DNA of 64,000 nucleotides, taken from Elusimicrobiota bacterium. Lineage in GTDB: Bacteria; Elusimicrobiota; Elusimicrobia; UBA1565; UBA9628. The stretch is taken from NCBI GenBank assembly GCA_016191335.1, contig JACPOW010000029.1:1354-65353 (forward strand), given 5' to 3'. Below, piece by piece: positions 62,601-64,000 of the stretch (positions are counted from its first letter, which is position 1; every line of letters begins with the position of its first letter). The translations under genes and the position numbers were made by a program. The notes beneath the pieces were generated by a model. The model ran no database searches. It had not been told where the DNA came from and was given only the letters and a program-made list of their open reading frames with translations.

Positions 62601-64000
62601 CAGGGCTTCAGGCGGCGCGAGGCGAGGAAGACCGCGAGCGCGATCGCGCTGAAGCCGCCGCAGATCCAGTACAGCGCGACGGCCGCCGGCATCGCGCCGA
62701 GCAGGCCGCCGAGCGCCAGCGACAGGAGCGACGAGCCGATCACGAAGGCGCCGTACAGGAAGCTGATCGCGCGCGGCTGCTCCTTCTCCGAGACCGAGCG
62801 CTGCACCTCGGAGCGCAGCGACAGGTCGCTGGCCGCCCAGGTGAGCGAGGAGAAGAGGATCAGGGGCAGGAGGAGCGGCAGGCTCGTCGAGAAGGCGAGG
62901 GCCCAGGTGAGCAGGAGGCCGAGCGCTCCCCACTTGACCCAGCCATGCGAGCCCGGGAAGCGGGCGGCGAGGCGGAGCAGGACGGCCGCGCCGGCGAGCT
63001 CGCCGGCGTTCGAGGCGGTGAGCAGCCAGGCCGAGGCCGACGGGTTCTCGAGCACGGTCTTGGCGAAGACGGGGATGAGCAGGTTCTCGAAGACGCGGTG
63101 GACGATCTGCGGCAGGACGAAGGCGAGCGCCAGCCAGCGCATGCGCCCGTCGCCCATCACGAGCTTCGCGCCGGCCTTGATGTCGCGGAAGTAGTCCTTC
63201 ACCTTCGCGAGGGCGCCGCTCTTGGCGGGAGGGCCGCCGGCGGGCAGGGGGTGGCGGACCCGCCAGAAATACCACGCGGCGAGCGCGAACGCCGGGGGCT
63301 GGATGGCCAAAGACCACAGCGGGCCGACGAAGGCGATGAGCGCGCCCGCGGTCAGCGCGCCGATCACGCCGGCGACCTCGTAGGAGATGTGGAGCTTCGC
63401 GTTGTATTTCTTGAGGGCGGCCTCGTCCTGGCCGAGGAGCAAGGTCGGGATCGAGTGACGGGTGGTCTCGATGACGCCGGTGACGCCGCCGATGAGCAGA
63501 TAGAGCGGGATCAAGGTCGGCATCGAGAGCGCGCCGAGGGCGCCGACGGCGATGAGGGTTCCGACGAGGGCGGCCTGGGCGAGGACGGCGCCGGCGAGGA
63601 CCTTGCGGGCGGAGAAGCGGTCGGCGAGGCCGCCGGCCATGGCCGCGAAGACGGCCTGGGAGAGGCCGTAGACGACGACGAGGCCGGCGACGGCGGAGAT
63701 GCCGCCGAAGGCGGTGAGGGCGAGCATGGGGACGCTGAGAGTGATGGTCTCCATGCCGGACTTCATGACGGCGGTGCCGACCATCATGCGGCGGACGTTC
63801 TTCGAGGTCTCGGGGGAGGGGGCGGGGGAGCGCGGGGCGGGCGTCGCGGCGGAGAGGAAGGGGGAGTCGAAGTGGGCGGGGGCGGCGAGGACGGCGGGGG
63901 AGTCGGCGCGGCGGGTCAGGGCCTCGCCGGTGAGCAGGGAGAAGCTTTGGGCGGCGGCGGCGGGGGCGGCGGCGAGGGGGATGTCGGGAAGAGCCTTCGT
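62600..64000 (-). CDS. MFS transporter with Pro/Ala-rich N-terminal extension, 5' end beyond window
   Basis: AGGLADRFSARK motif A and about 12 TMs; frame is open from nt 64000 through a Pro/Ala-rich linker. Confidence 0.85.
   Translation of the reverse strand, partial: TKALPDIPLAAAPAAAAQSFSLLTGEALTRRADSPAVLAAPAHFDSPFLSAATPAPRSPAPSPETSKNVRRMMVGTAVMKSGMETITLSVPMLALTAFGGISAVAGLVVVYGLSQAVFAAMAGGLADRFSARKVLAGAVLAQAALVGTLIAVGALGALSMPTLIPLYLLIGGVTGVIETTRHSIPTLLLGQDEAALKKYNAKLHISYEVAGVIGALTAGALIAFVGPLWSLAIQPPAFALAAWYFWRVRHPLPAGGPPAKSGALAKVKDYFRDIKAGAKLVMGDGRMRWLALAFVLPQIVHRVFENLLIPVFAKTVLENPSASAWLLTASNAGELAGAAVLLRLAARFPGSHGWVKWGALGLLLTWALAFSTSLPLLLPLILFSSLTWAASDLSLRSEVQRSVSEKEQPRAISFLYGAFVIGSSLLSLALGGLLGAMPAAVALYWICGGFSAIALAVFLASRRLKP

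Noticed and set aside
1-64000. CRISPR array or cas genes
   Set aside because: No regularly spaced direct repeats; the palindromes are isolated and dispersed.

Overview
High-GC bacterial chromosomal window. Lineage is inferred as Elusimicrobiota-like from the protein style and is not proven. It opens with the 3' part of an M2 (ACE-like) peptidase and a tRNA-Ser(UGA). A visibly lower-GC accessory island follows (~945-7680): a DUF2075-type nuclease-helicase, a tandem SF1 double-helicase fusion and a nucleotidyltransferase pair with a double operator. A patchy accessory stretch to ~22 kb holds Arc/ORF6N/DUF1016, RelE-HigA and VapBC modules, secreted enzymes and a MazG-like gene enclosed by long inverted repeats. 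The remainder is largely core: PLD, Ser/Thr kinase, marR-pirin, rnr, umuDC, dtd, thpR, prc, DUF2339-M48-aas, hemE-hemG-mgtC-like-rlmN, an AspT-type transporter, HEAT-exbB-exbD-tonB and an MFS gene. The most notable observations are: (i) the tRNA-linked helicase-rich candidate defence island; (ii) a UmuD encoded as an apparently pre-cleaved, catalytically dead UmuD' behind a GAAC-N4-GTTC LexA-type box; (iii) a family of long GG(T/G)G(T/A/C)CAG-ended palindromes, one enclosing a whole gene; (iv) a shared signal peptide + Pro/Ala linker + (L/F)FD(G/Q) N-terminal module on unrelated proteins; (v) pervasive leaderless-type promoter architecture. All family assignments are by motif recognition; no searches were run.
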